Source: Cyanophora paradoxa CCMP329
Taxonomy: Eukaryota; Plantae; Glaucophyta
Length of the DNA: 64,000 nucleotides
Assembly: GCA_004431415.1 (NCBI GenBank)
Contig: QPMI01000588.1
Span: forward strand, 208,834-272,833
Direction: 5' to 3'
The notes under the pieces are model-generated. The model ran no database searches. It saw only the letters and a list, made by a program, of their open reading frames with translations, and was not told the origin of the DNA. Below, one piece after another: positions 12,620 through 24,900 of this stretch (its first letter is position 1; every line of letters starts with the position of its first letter). The translations under genes were made by a program, and so were the position numbers.

Positions 12620-14226
12620 AATTCTCGTTGGGCCTGGCAGGCTTGGGCAGCCGCCAGAGCAAAGCCCTGCAAACATTTTGCAAAGCACCGCGAAATTTTT
12701 CGCCAGCCCCCGGCCTTCTGCGAAAGTGCCGGCGTGTCGCTGTAATATAGCGGCCAGTATACCTGCCATGAGCGGGCTGTACATTTGTACATTTGTACAT
12801 AAACTCTTGACGTCGGGGACGACGTTTTCCGAGAAGAGGAGTGAGCTGACGAGCCTTGAGCTCGCGCCTCCCGAGGCCTGACCTGGGCCGGCCGCACCCT
12901 AGCAACGGGTACAGCGCTTTCCGAGAGGAGGAGTCCTTCCTTCCTCTCGCGATTAATATTGTGAGTGGGCCCTGGTGCGCATCTCGCGCGGCCGGCTGTG
13001 CGTGAGCACGTGATGAGCCCCTTGTAAATTTGTAAATATTTGTAAATATTTGCATCCGGTTCGCCCCCGCGCGAAACCGAGCATCGCGTACCCCTCTGGG
13101 AGGGCACAAGTCTTCCGAGAGGAGGAGTCCATCCTCTCTCGCGAAGCGAGCCCTAGAGCTCGCTGAAGAGGCGGCCCGACGCCCTGATCATGAGGCACGC
13201 CGGCACACACCCCACCGGGCGGCTCGGCTGCAGCTGCTGCCGCGGGTGTCAGTCTTCCGAGAGGAGGAGTCCCTCTAGCGGACCCCCTGATGAACGCCGT
13301 GATCGGCCTCCGAGCCGTATACGTAGCGGGCGTGCGTTCGAATTCTTGCACACCCAGTCGGGCGAGCTGCAGCCAAGCGTGAATGCGAGGCCGACGGCCG
13401 CCGGGCCCCCATGCCAGGCTAGCGCTGCCGATTGCCAGCTTCGGCGAGCTGAGCTGCCGAGCTCGAACGTGAGCGGAGGGGGCTGGGCCCGCGGCCCGCC
13501 TCACGCTGCAATAAAAGCTCCAGCGAGGCTCGCGATTCGCGGCCCGCACAAGAAAGCTGACGATGGGCGAGGAGCCTCATGGCCCCGTCTCATGCAAATC
13601 ATTGAATTGAAATCGCAAGGAGCTCCGGATTCCGCAAGGCCCGAGAGCCTGCGGCGGGAAGCTGCCTTTGCACGTGCTGAAAGCAAGAGGCCGCGGCCCA
13701 AGGCCCGTGCCCTCTGCAGCTGCACGCTGCTCCGTCGAGCCCCAGCGAGGCCCTGAACCTGCGCTAGGGAGCTGATCATGACGACGAGCGCGCTGAAAGA
13801 TGAGGCCCTTGGCCCCATCGCGCGCTGGAGCTGAAGCGCTCCAGGCGAGCGGCCCCGATGCCCTCGCGATGCGAGACGTGATCCGCGGGCCCCGAGCTCG
13901 GGATGCACTCTCAAAGAAAGCTCGATCGCGACGCCCGAGGCGATCGCGAGACGCCTGGCCCATGGCCAGCGCTTGGCCGCGCGTCGTGAGCTTGACAGGC
14001 GGCCTGTCGAGCCCCTTCAAAATTTGCGAGCCTCCGAGCTCCAAAGAAGGCCGAGCCTGATCATGATCATGAGGCCATGGTGCCCTCGAGAGCTCGAGCC
14101 CGAAGTTAAGTCCTGGCCCGCGGCGCGCTCCGCGAGACGGTCAGGCCGCTGGCACTGGCCCCGAGCCTGGCGCAGCGACGGCTCCATTGCGAGCCTGACA
14201 ATTATGAATTCATTGCAATTGAATTC

Positions 14227-14373
14227 AAGTCCTGGTAACGCCCGCCGAGTTGGCATCCAGGCGGCGCGCTGCGGCCCCGAGCCGAGCGTGTGACGGGCGT
14301 TATCGCCCCGCCCATCGTGAGCGAATGAAGTCCTGGGGACGCCCGTTCAGTTGGCATCCAGGCGGCGCGCTGC
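14227..14373 (+). repeat. Two ~47-bp direct repeats at ~100-bp spacing in the non-coding interior of element 1
   Basis: AAGTCCTGG..ACGCCCG...AGTTGGCATCCAGGCGGCGCGCTGCG at ~14227 and ~14328. Confidence 0.8.
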
Positions 14374-15424
14374 GACTCGACGTCGAGCGACGCGACGGGC
14401 AGACTTGCCCTCCGCCCATAGTGAGCGGCGGGGCTCGACGACCCCGATCTCGGCGCGTTCCTGACGAGAACGGCGCGACGGGGCTAGACGACCCCTGGGC
14501 CCTATCCTGAATCGAAGTCCCAGTGAATGGGCGGTCGGCCGGCTCAAGGTCCGTGCGCGACGACGAGAGCTTAACGACTCTCATGCATGGGAATCCACGT
14601 CGGGGACGCCTGACGCTGGCTCTTCTCCCTTGGCATCATACGAAGTCACGGGGTCGGGCAGGGGTGCTCGGCGCCGCGTGCGGCAAAACCGGAATGCACT
14701 CTTGTGAGCGGTACCCGGTCCCAGAGCCGGCTCTATCCTCGTCGGCACGGTTGAATCCCCGCCGATCCGATTACCTGTACTTCACCACTGCGAGAGCCTA
14801 AGGGGTGCTCGCCTGGGTGGAGCTCTGCGCGGCTCGCACTTGGGTCACTCGACCGCGTCGCGGTTGGGGGGCACACCGGAGGGGGCCGTGCGCTGCCTGC
14901 GCGCCGCGTCGCCCCGCGCTGCTCTTTCGCGTTCGCATCTGCGGCGTGCTCTCGCGGTGCTTGCATGGCATCTGGGCGAGAGCCCGCTGTGGAAAGACAT
15001 CCAATGTACAAACCAATTCCTCATCTCCTTGAGCCGCCGGCTCGAAGCTTGACCTTGGCCCCCTGGGCCGGAGACGGACGATTATTTGCGGCCCATTGCC
15101 GCCCCCTTGACTCAGTTTTACATTTAGAATTTGGTAAATGATTTATATAATCAGATCTTGGCTTTGATTTAGAGATTCGATGATTTAGCGATGTGAATAG
15201 CCCTATAGCTACCGGCCAGCGGTCTTCTTCAATTCCCGGCAGTAGCCGGCCACTCGTCTATTTTCAATTCCCGGCAGTCGAGCCGCCGGTGTGCGCGAAA
15301 TTCGCGATTCTGTAAATACGGCTTCAAGTCTTTTATTCCCGGCAGTGCCCTGCCGCGAAACCTTGTGGATATGCTTGCTTTTAGAGATTTCCGTGGCACT
15401 TAGCCCACGAGGACGTGGCCTTCC

Positions 15425-15435
15425 GAGTGGAGGAG
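15425..15435 (+). other. Polypurine tract of element 1
   Basis: GAGTGGAGGAG, one base before the 3' LTR; matches the element 2 PPT GAGAGGAGGAG. Confidence 0.85.
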
Positions 15436-15436
15436 T

Positions 15437-15736
15437 TGTCGCATGCATGATTATCGTGCATGCGGAGCTAGATAGTGCAGCCTTCGTGCTGCTAGTGGCT
15501 AGTGCAGCCTACGTGCTGCTAGGGCCGACGTCGGCGTCAGTACGCCTCGGCCACCTCTTATTATAGCTAATACGGGTACGCCGGGCCTGTCCGGGTACGC
15601 ATCATTCATTAGGGATACAGTGTTACTTGCAATACTACCGGAGCGACAGCGATCCCTCGTGATCCACTGAGCCCCGTCGAGCCACGCTCGACCGGGAGCC
15701 TCCCCGCGTGCTTCCCCACTAATCCCGCACGCGACA
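15437..15736 (+). repeat. 3' LTR of element 1 (300 bp)
   Basis: Direct repeat of 9958-10257, followed by TSD AGCGC. Confidence 0.96.
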
Positions 15737-15872
15737 AGCGCTACTATAGCTATAGCTAGGCTAGCTAGCCGGGCCTGATATCGATATCGTTCCGGCCGCG
15801 GATGCATATATATATGGTCATGCATATACTGACTCTGGGATACATATATATATATAGTTCAATGGCGTTTAA

Positions 15873-16008
15873 CTGTCTCATTCCTTATTTATTGTCGGGT
15901 TTGGCTCTTTGTCTTATCTTTCTTCGTGCCACGGTGCTCTTCGTGCTCTTATCTTTCTTCCTTTGCCTTTTGTCTTTGTGCCCCCTGGGCAGCCATTACC
16001 AAAAAAAA
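15873..16008 (+). mobile_element. Short 3' fragment of a poly(A)-tailed non-LTR element (same family as 50705-51208 and the copy ending at 55444)
   Basis: Shares TTGGCTCTTTGTCTTATCTTTCTTCGTGC...GCCCCCTGGGCAGCC and ends in ACC plus an A run. Confidence 0.7.
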
Positions 16009-17879
16009 CAATTAATTAATTTAACGTTGCAATTAATGGCCCATGATGATGTATATATATATACGTAGAATTGGGAATCTAGCTCCGAGATCTAGCTATA
16101 TAGAGGGATATATATCGATTAAGAAGATCTAGATCTTCCAGGCGGGGAGAGGTCGACGTCTCAAGATAGGGGAGATCTATAGCTAGATCTAGAGGGCCAG
16201 CCTGGAAGCGCGCGATGGGCAAGGCGACCGGAAAACGCAAGGCGAAGACCGGGAAGCCGACTCATACACGGCGCGGGTTCGGCGGGCTTTTCATAAGTGC
16301 GACGGCGCCGGCCGCGCGGCCTGAGGAGCTCGAGCTCGGAGTTGCATCCGACGATGACGCCGGCATCCACGCGCGCCCCGCACAGCTCTCCGATGCAAAT
16401 ACGAGTGGTTCGAGCCATGTCTTGGAGATGCTTCCATGCTTAGCTTGGTTGGGCCTCCGTCAAATTTGTTTGCACAAATCGCAGCGGGGCCGGCATGCGC
16501 AGGCAACGGCGTCGCAGCGCTAGCGCTATCAGAACAACAACTTGCATCAAAGCAACGTGCGCGCTCTTTTCCAGCGCGCTCTATATATATACATATTTGC
16601 TTTAGATCTAAACAACGTGCACCTGCGGCCGCAGCAGAAGCCTCGGAGGCAGATTCGAATTCCTGTGCGTGCAAAATGCGTTGTCTAATTTGTCCACCTG
16701 TTCGAATTCTGCAGGCGCAGCTCGCGATCGAGTTCTGCATGCTCTAGATCTGCAAGGTGTTGAGCATCCAGCTGCAGAACAGCGTGCTCAATCGCAACCC
16801 ACCGCAAATCCAAGCGGAGCAATTCAAGAAGCATCGCCGTCAATTCAAGAAGCATCGCCGCCATCGACTCATGGGCATGCAGATTGCATCAGCTGCAGTG
16901 CGTCATCCTTTGCCCGCAGCTGCAGCCCCTTGGCCTTTAGCTGACCCAGCTGCAAATTCGTCAGATAAATGTACAGGCCCAGGCTGTGGTGCTGTGCACA
17001 TGCCCTTCATACAAGAGCTGTCCGTGAATTCTGCTTCGTCGTCTGCAATAGCGGGCATCGTTCGTGCCACAATGCAGTGAGTGAATTCGTTGCATATGCC
17101 TGAAATATGCACAAACCCGTTACGCATGCGCAATATTAATCGTTTGCGAATCAGGACAATAAATTCCGGCATCGGAACCGGTGCAGTTGGGGTTTCCCCA
17201 ATCACCCAGGCATGCATTATGCTGCTTGCATTCATCGAAGTTCACGGGCATGCAGCGGCCTTCGATTCTTTCCGGTTCGCAACACATGCTTTATACGTTG
17301 ATCTTCATCGCAAATTGCTGACCCATTATGCAAACAGCACCTGCGCTAGTCTCTCTAGCGATGACATCGCTGGGCTACAACAAGCTCTCCAACACGAAAA
17401 CGGCGATGTCGACATCTGTGGCGCGTGGAATGCGCTCATCCCCCAAGTTACGGCGAATTTGCGCCAAAGTCGGCTGGAAGCGGATCCGCAGTGGAAACAA
17501 TTTGCAGATGCACGTAAACAGGACTACTGTGGCGCCTGGGGCTCATCAGTAACTTCAGTGCTCTCACAAGCCGACAACGTTTCTAGTTCTGCAAAGTGCG
17601 TGCACGTGCAGCGCTCCAGATTCTGAGTTGTCTTGCAATTGCCATTCATTAATAGTTGCGTCAGCTTTATTTCCCTTGCTCTGTCGGATCCGATGGGTCT
17701 GCCATCTATGGTGCACGACAACTGGGGCACGCGATCGTCCAGTGGAGAGTATTTCTCAATAGGTGCACTAGGACTAGCGCCTAAGTTTTCATGCATCAAG
17801 CTGATGAGCTGATAAGCCTTCGAAATTCGGCGCAGAAGACATCAGAAAACAAAGAGCCGACATCGATGCGAAGCTCGGC

Positions 17880-19180
17880 AAGCTGGCGGATGGCTTTCAG
17901 TTCATAACCTTTGCGAACAGCGGCAACACTTCCGACCAAGAATCTGTGATTGAAGAAATTGCCTGCCTGGTGCGCGGGCCTGCCTAGCTATAGACCTGGT
18001 GCAGTTTTTGACTTGGTAAAAAGGTCGCGAAAAAGTTCTCAATCGTCAAATGCTCGATGGGGGCTTATGTGTGGACGAAGGGCTCCTGGGGAACATCGAG
18101 AGGTCCCCTAGGAATCAACGTTCAGTTCGGAGAAAGAACGCCAGTACCAGCTAATGCATTCAAAGGACGGTCTGCTCACTTTGTTGCATCTATTAGAATA
18201 TCAATCTTTCCGGTTTCGCTAAAGATACATATGCATCAGGGAAGAGCATCTTGTCATTCCTTGCGTGTACGAGTCGCTTCCCCCAAGCGAGCAAGTACTT
18301 GGAAGCAATTCTACGGCTGTCTGCAGTGCTTTGGAACAAATTCGCGAGGTGCGCTAGCTTATATACACTACCAATCGCGATCTCGTATCGTCTTGAACCC
18401 GCTTCAGTTGATAGAAAAACGCAATAAGAGTGGCGGCACAGTGACTGCAAAAGAGCTCAGGGAATCGCATCCATTTGCAAAGCTTCCCATCAAGGTATAC
18501 TTGTAAATTTCTTTGTTGGAAGCTTAGGATCCGATTTGTAAAATGCGAGTTATACTCGAGCTCCAGGTTATTATCTGTGAGGCGATTCAAATTAAATGAA
18601 CGTCAACGACGGAATAAGGTATCTCTCGCTGGAGTACCTCGTTGGGTTGTCAGCATTGTGTGAGGAATTTGGAGTCGCCCTCATGTTTGATGAAGCCATG
18701 ACTGGTGCGATCTAAATACGCGCAACAATGTTTTAGAAACATTAATGCTGATTGCAGCTGCAGGTGCCTGCCGAACAGCAAAGTCATTCTTTGCTTTTGA
18801 GCAGTTTGTGAGAGCTGCAGCTGCACTGAGGAGGCCTGTCATTGTGCATGGAGTACTCACAGGCAAAGCGTTGATAGCATCGCTTATCCTTGTGCGAAAG
18901 ATTTTTCTTTTCTTGAAACTCAAATGAAATAGTATGTATCGGAATTTGACTGTGTTATTCGTCTGCGCCCAGGTGAAGCACATGCCTGGCATTGAGGACC
19001 CCTGGATTGCGACGTTTGGAGTCTCTGCAGAAAAGTTTGCACATGATGTTCACGCAGGTGCATTTTGCCGACCATTCATTTCAATATTAAATATATCTTA
19101 ATGCTAGCGCTCTGTGCAGAGTATGTAACGGTTCAGCCATATCGCTTACAGCTGATTCAGACCTCGTGGCTTTTGGAAAA
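17880..19180 (+). pseudogene. Intron-containing, frameshifted class-III PLP-dependent aminotransferase-like gene; upstream exons may extend to ~16215
   Basis: Ordered motifs: FITFANSG (~17900); VIICEAIQ (~18568); YLSLEYLVGLSALCEEFGVALMFDEAMTG, GT-AG intron, ACRTAKSFFAFEQF (18620-18810); DLVAFGK (~19160, PLP lysine). A 5-bp ATTAA insertion at ~18591 breaks the frame. Confidence 0.75.
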
Positions 19181-19992
19181 TCGTGCGCACATTTATACGC
19201 ATATGTTTAGTTTGTGAGTCCGTTCTGCTAATCCTTTAATCTCTGCTGCTTCGTGCACTTGCAGTTTGTGAAATGCGAGAGTGCAACCCCCAGTTCTTCG
19301 AGAGCCTTCAAACAAAATCGACAACAATACACAACTATCTCGCCAAGCACTGCTCCACGTGCACCAGCACTGAAGACGAAAAGCGCAAGTTGGTTTCGCA
19401 TGCAGGTAAACAAGCTTATATAATTAAGCGACGCAATTGCAAGTGAATCAATACGTGAATTAATTGGATGTTTACGTATACGCAGGGTTTCTATTCGCTG
19501 TTCCCTCCGATGCAGCACGTCATCTACCAGGAACTTCGATACATATAGCTGGCGAACAGAAAGAGACGTCGACATACCATAGGTATATCTTTCCAATAGA
19601 CTATTCTCATCCAGACTTGAGCGTTTCCTTGCCTCCGGATCCCCACAAATCTATTGCTAGGAGGTCAGGTACATATGTACGCAGACATATGCATGTAGCT
19701 CGGTCAGGATCCGGCCGCGGAGGGAAGGCTCCTAGGAAGAGCTTGGTGACTAGCCTTGGAAGGCAGCTACGTATACTGCATGAACGCTAGCAATATTAAT
19801 ATTGTTTTGTTGATCACCAAGAATCAAAATGAAGCTGAATTAGCTGCTGGGTGTTCGTGGCCAGCTGCTGATCTGGATTGAATCGTGACCCGCGGTTAGC
19901 ATTATTCTAAAGAAACTATACATACATACGCACAGCAGGTAAACCCTGCTAGCGCTGTACATGTGCAATTAATATTCGTGGTCAGAACCCCG

Positions 19993-21148
19993 ATTCTGGA
20001 GATCAAGCACCTCGTATCATTCACACGCTGAACGATAGCGCCAGTCTCGAAAATAGGCCTACAGTTAGCATCGTTCGAAAAGAACTATCCGCAGAAGCAT
20101 TTCAATAAAGACTGGGTCGCGGACCTGCAGAGCCCGCTGTGCAATTTGTGGTCGGAACGTCGACGTCGATTTTGGAGCTCGAGCTCCTCGGATGAAGAGC
20201 TTAGCACCGGTTGCGAAAACTGGCCAGCAGGAAGCGTTGATCGAAAGAGACTATCTAGAGAAGCATTTGGATGGAGACTGGGCCGCGGACCTGCAGAGCC
20301 CGCTGTGAAATCGGTGGTTGGAACGTCGATTCTGGAGATCGAGCTCCTCGTATCATTCACACGCTCAACAATAGCGCCAGTCTCGAAAATAGGCCTGCAG
20401 TTAGCATCGTTCGCAAAGAACTATCCGCAGAAGCATTTCAATAAAGACTGGGTCGCGGACCTGCAGAGCCCGCTGTGCAATTTGTGGTCGGAACGTCGAC
20501 GTCGATTTTGGAGCTCGAGCTCCTCGGATGAAGAGCTTAGCACCGGTTGCGAAAACTGGCCAGCAGGAAGCGTTGATCGAAAGAGACTATCTAGAGAAGC
20601 ATTTCGATGGAGACTGGGCCGCGGACCTGCAGAGCCCGCTGTGAAATCGGTGGTTGGAACGTCGATTCTGGAGATCGAGCTCCTCGTATCATTCACACGC
20701 TCAACAATAGCGCCAGTCTCGAAAATAGGCCTGCAGTTAGCATCGTTCGCAAAGAACTATCCGCAGAAGCATTTTCAATAAAGACTGGGTCGCGGACCTG
20801 CAGAGCCCGCTGTGCAATTTGTGGTCGGAACGTCGACGTCGATTTTGGAGCTCGAGCTCCTCGGATGAAGAGCTTAGCACCGGTTGCGAAAACTGGCCAG
20901 CAGGAAGCGTTGATCGAAAGAGACTATCTAGAGAAGCATTTCGATGGAGACTGGGCCGCGGACCTGCAGAGCCCGCTGTGAAATCGGTGGTTGGAACGTC
21001 GATTCTGGAGATCGAGCTCCTCGTATCATTCACACGCTGAACGTTAACAATAGCGCCAGTCTCGAAAATAGGCCTGCAGTTAGCATCGTTCGAAAAGAGC
21101 TATCCGCAGCAGCATTTCGATGGAGACTGGGTCGCGGACCTGCAGAGC
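19993..21148. repeat. Tandem array, 336-bp unit made of two diverged ~168-bp halves, ~3.4 units
   Basis: GACTGGGYCGCGGACCTGCAGAGC recurs at ~20110, 20276, 20446, 20612, 20783, 20949 and 21125, alternating ~166/170 bp. Confidence 0.96.
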
Positions 21149-21859
21149 TAGAGCTTCGAATTCGAATTCGGAATAGCGAATGCCGAGTCTGGATCCGGAG
21201 CACGAGCTCCGAGTTCTCGGGCCTCGGAGGTGCGCATGCATTCACAGCACTGCGCAGCTTTATATATCTTAAGCCCTCTAGCAAAGCCAAAGTTCACTCC
21301 GGTGACTTTGCTCCATGGGGAGAAGCCAGAGAGGGGTACCGGTCTCGTCGCGTACAATTGTGCGCAGCTCTTATAGGGTGTCGCCCTGCGGTCGGAGAAC
21401 TAGCTAGAGCGCGTGATCTAGCTAGCTATAGGCTTTAACACCGCCGGCTACCTCGGCGGTGCTCGGTCTGAGCGTTCGGTACGCGGCCATCGGTCTTGAG
21501 ACCACAACTTGGCGCTCGTAGTTCGTTTGTAACGTAGCTGAAATCAATGCTTACCGCATTGGAAGCGCCGTGCGCCGCGCCCCAGCCAGCTGTGGCGCAG
21601 AATGGTCGGGCCGCTGTAAAGTTGGCCGATGTCGGGCCGCCCAACAACCTATCCTTATAAGCTGCAATTCGTCTCTAAACGACCTTTTAGACCACTTGAA
21701 CCAGTTAAGGCAGCCCGCGTGCGTCGCTCTCTTGACGAGTTGTCCTCGCCTCCACGCTGGACCACCGAAGCAACCGGGCCATCGGCGCTCAACGGATCTC
21801 GCGCACTTATGCCTCTCTAACCACATTTAGCACGGCAGCAGTGCTCCCCCGCGCGGCTT

Positions 21860-21955
21860 TCCTAGGGGTGGTAAAGAGGGGTGTGGTAAAGTCAGCCCTA
21901 AGTGAGTGAAGTTGCAAGTTTACCATGTGGTAAACTTAATTCCTGGCTCCCAGTG
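21860..21955 (-). mobile_element. Possible terminus of a CACTA/CACTG (EnSpm) DNA transposon truncating the gypsy gag
   Basis: Ends ...CTCCCAGTG (CACTG on the minus strand) where GC content jumps into gag; three GTGGTAAA subterminal repeats; hairpin AAGTTTACCA-TG-TGGTAAACTT at 21916-21937. The partner TIR was not found. Confidence 0.35.
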
Positions 21956-24900
21956 TCTGCGCGCGTTCCTCGCCGCGCTGCAGCAGCGCATCCTTGCACA
22001 GGACGGCGCCCTGTCGCCGCTCCAGCTCGACGAAATCTTCGTCGCAGCGTGCAAGACGCACGGCTGCCGCACCGTGCTGCCCCCCACGGCCACGGCCGCG
22101 CTCGAGGCGCCGGAGGCTAAGAAGCCCCGCGTGCGCAAGCTGGCGCCGGTAGCGGCCGCCGCCAGCGACGACGACGGCGACGAGCCCATCGAGGCCGTGC
22201 CCGTCAAGTCCGTCAATGCGGCCCCGGGCACGAAGGCTCCGCAGGGCGCGCCCGTCGCGGGTCGCCGGCACCCCGACGAGGAGCGCCTGGGGTACCCGAG
22301 CACGACCACGTCCCCATGCCCCCTGTGCATGCACGTGGAGATGCCGGCCCTCGACCGCTGCCACTTTACGTGGAACTGCGTGTGGGGCACGGCCCCCTTC
22401 CCCAATATCCCATACTCCGAGTGGGTGAAAGGGATTGCGGATAAGCGCGCGCGGCGCCGCGATCGGCCGGCGCGCGAGGAGGATGCCGCCGATGAGCGCA
22501 GCGAGCCCGGCCCGACCCGCGGCGGGTTCTCGCACCGCGGCGGGCACCGCCAGGAGCCGTACGCCCGCGGCGGCTACCGCAACGACCGCGGCGGCTTCGG
22601 CCGGGACCGCGGCGGCGGCTACAGCCGGGGCGGCGCCACCCGCGCCCCTGCCTCCGGCCCGAACCAGCGCCCGCTGGGGAAGGGCAAGGAGAAGAGCGCC
22701 CAGGACGACCGTGAGCCGGGCTGCTGGACCTGCGGGTCTCTGGACCACATCCGCCGGGACTGCCCGGACGCTGAGTCCCAGGGCCGCGGCGGACGCGGCC
22801 GGGGCTACGGCCAGGACATGAACCGCGGGCAGCGGCCCCGGTTCAACCAAGTTCGCGCCGAGAACGAGCCCCGCTCTGACTCGCCGAACTCGGCCGCCAT
22901 GGCTGCATTCTTCCAGCACCTGCAGGTGATGCAGCAGCAGGCCGCCCTGCACGAGAGCGCGCGTGGCGCCAGCTCCTCGTCTGCAGGCGGCAACCCGAAC
23001 GCCGGCGCCCCTCCGGGCGGCCCGTCCATTCGGTCGCTGTCTGTGATGCCCGTGGGCACGGATTCCGACTCGGACGAGGCTGCGGCCGTTGCAGCGGTCC
23101 GCCAGCCGTCCGACGCCCTCGCCATGGCCGCCAAGGCGCGCGACCAGGCCGCCTTCGATGCCGCTGCGGCGGACATCTCGGCTGGCGCCCTCGACGATGC
23201 CACTCGCGAGGCTGCGTTCGAGCGGGACCTCCGCTGCGCCAACCCGGCCAGCGAGGACGGCTCCGGGGAGTCCGAGCTGGGGGAGAGCGACGCCGAGCGG
23301 CTCGACACGGACTCCGAGTCCGCCCCGAGCTCCGACCCTGGCCAGGGCTCCGCGCCCTATGCCAGCGACGCCTCGAAGCCCGCCTATTTCGGGCCGTTCG
23401 GTTCTCCGGACCGCGACGTGCCCCAGGCACCACCCCGGTGCTCCACGAAGTCGTGGGCACTGGATTACATGCCGTATGACCACGTGCCTGCCACGGACGT
23501 GGAGAAAGAGGGCGAGCGCGAGGGCGGGCCCTACTTGCCCCGCTACGTGAGCCCGGTGCTCATGCCGCTCACAAAGTGGTACGCCCACTTGACGGCCAAG
23601 CCCCGTGACCTAGAGCGCGCCATTGGGCTGCTCTTCACGAACGGCCTCGACGACGCGAAGCAGACGCTGCTCGTTCGCGAACTCGCCCAGGAGGGCCCGA
23701 AAGGCATAGTCCTTGACCGGTTCCTGGGGGCCTGCGGCCTGCGGCGCCCCGAGCGCCTGCTGCTGGGTCGCCTGGCTCACCGCACCGAGGCTCACTCCCT
23801 CGCCTGCGTGATCGAGGCTGCGGCGACGATCGCCAAGCTCGATTACCGCCTCCAGGAGGGCCCCGATTCGAGCATTGCGATGCTCGCAATCCGCGGTGCC
23901 CAACTCAGCCACCCCGTCACCAAGTGCTCGGGTATTGGCTCGGCCCCTGATCCTGAGGATCTTTGGCCCGACGACCCCAATGAGCTCGACGTCGCCTCGC
24001 TGAAAGCTTGGGACGACATGCTCTTGTCGTGGGAGCGGCACGCGCCCGCCTCGAACGTCTGGGGCCTCGCCTCAGACTCGAGCGCACTGCCGGACAGCGA
24101 GCGTTTACCGCTGCTATCCCTGCTCATTTCGTCGGCGTACCTGCTCGCTCAGCCGGGCCTGAAATGGCCGGGGATCCAGCACCTGCAGGTCGAACCGAAC
24201 GGCGACCCGCGGTTCGACATTACGCCCGACGGGAACGTCTCCCGTACCGTGACGGGCTACCACGCCATGCGCACAGCGCTCGCTGCGGCTCGCGAACTCC
24301 TCGACGAGGATTCCGACTTCCACGCTTACTGCGTGCAGCTTGTGCTTGCCATAATCCGTTTCCGGACCCTTACGGTGCTGCCGGGCGCACTCGGATTCGA
24401 GAAGGGCAGCCTTTTCGCGTGGATTAGCCCTAAGGACGTGGCCCCGCCACTGTCGCTGTTCCAAACATACACGGAGCGGCTGACTGAGGTTGCCGGAGCC
24501 ACGTGCTTCGACACGCGCGCCAAGGGCACCGTCCCCGAGCGCGTTATCGCCATGCAAAACAGCCGCCGCGCTCGCTGCATGGCCGGGGAGCCGCCGCTCG
24601 TGAACCTGTCCGAGCTGGTGCAGCACGGCTCAGACCTTGAGGGGTTCCGGGCCATCAAGTTGCTCCCCCGCGTCGCCGTGCGCCGCCTGGCCAGGATCCT
24701 CGACCTGCGCCGCCCCACGGAGTTCAGCAGCTTGCTGTTCTCCGACTGGCTCATGGGCCTGGGGACCTATCACGCCGCCCCCACGGTCGTGGTAGACAGC
24801 CCCGTCGGCCCCGGCGAAGGGCTCCGGTTCCGGGAATTCCCGAATGCCGACCCCCTCATGCTCGGACCGAGCGTTGAGGCGTTCTACGATCGCTCCTACC

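Larger units (their letters stand above)
9958..15736 (+). mobile_element. Complete non-autonomous (gag-only) LTR retrotransposon
   Basis: Two 300-bp LTRs with TGTCGC...GCGACA ends; 5-bp TSD AGCGC (9953-9957 and 15737-15741); PBS after the 5' LTR; PPT before the 3' LTR; gag with zinc knuckles; no PR/RT/RH/IN motifs seen. Confidence 0.95.

Noticed and set aside
17801-17826. Hammerhead ribozyme core (CTGATGA...GAAA)
   Set aside because: Extra bases separate stem II from GAAA, and no stems I/III could be formed by eye.
21379-21385. TGTCGCC as the start of the missing 5' LTR of element 2
   Set aside because: Downstream sequence does not match 48930-49200 and no PBS follows.
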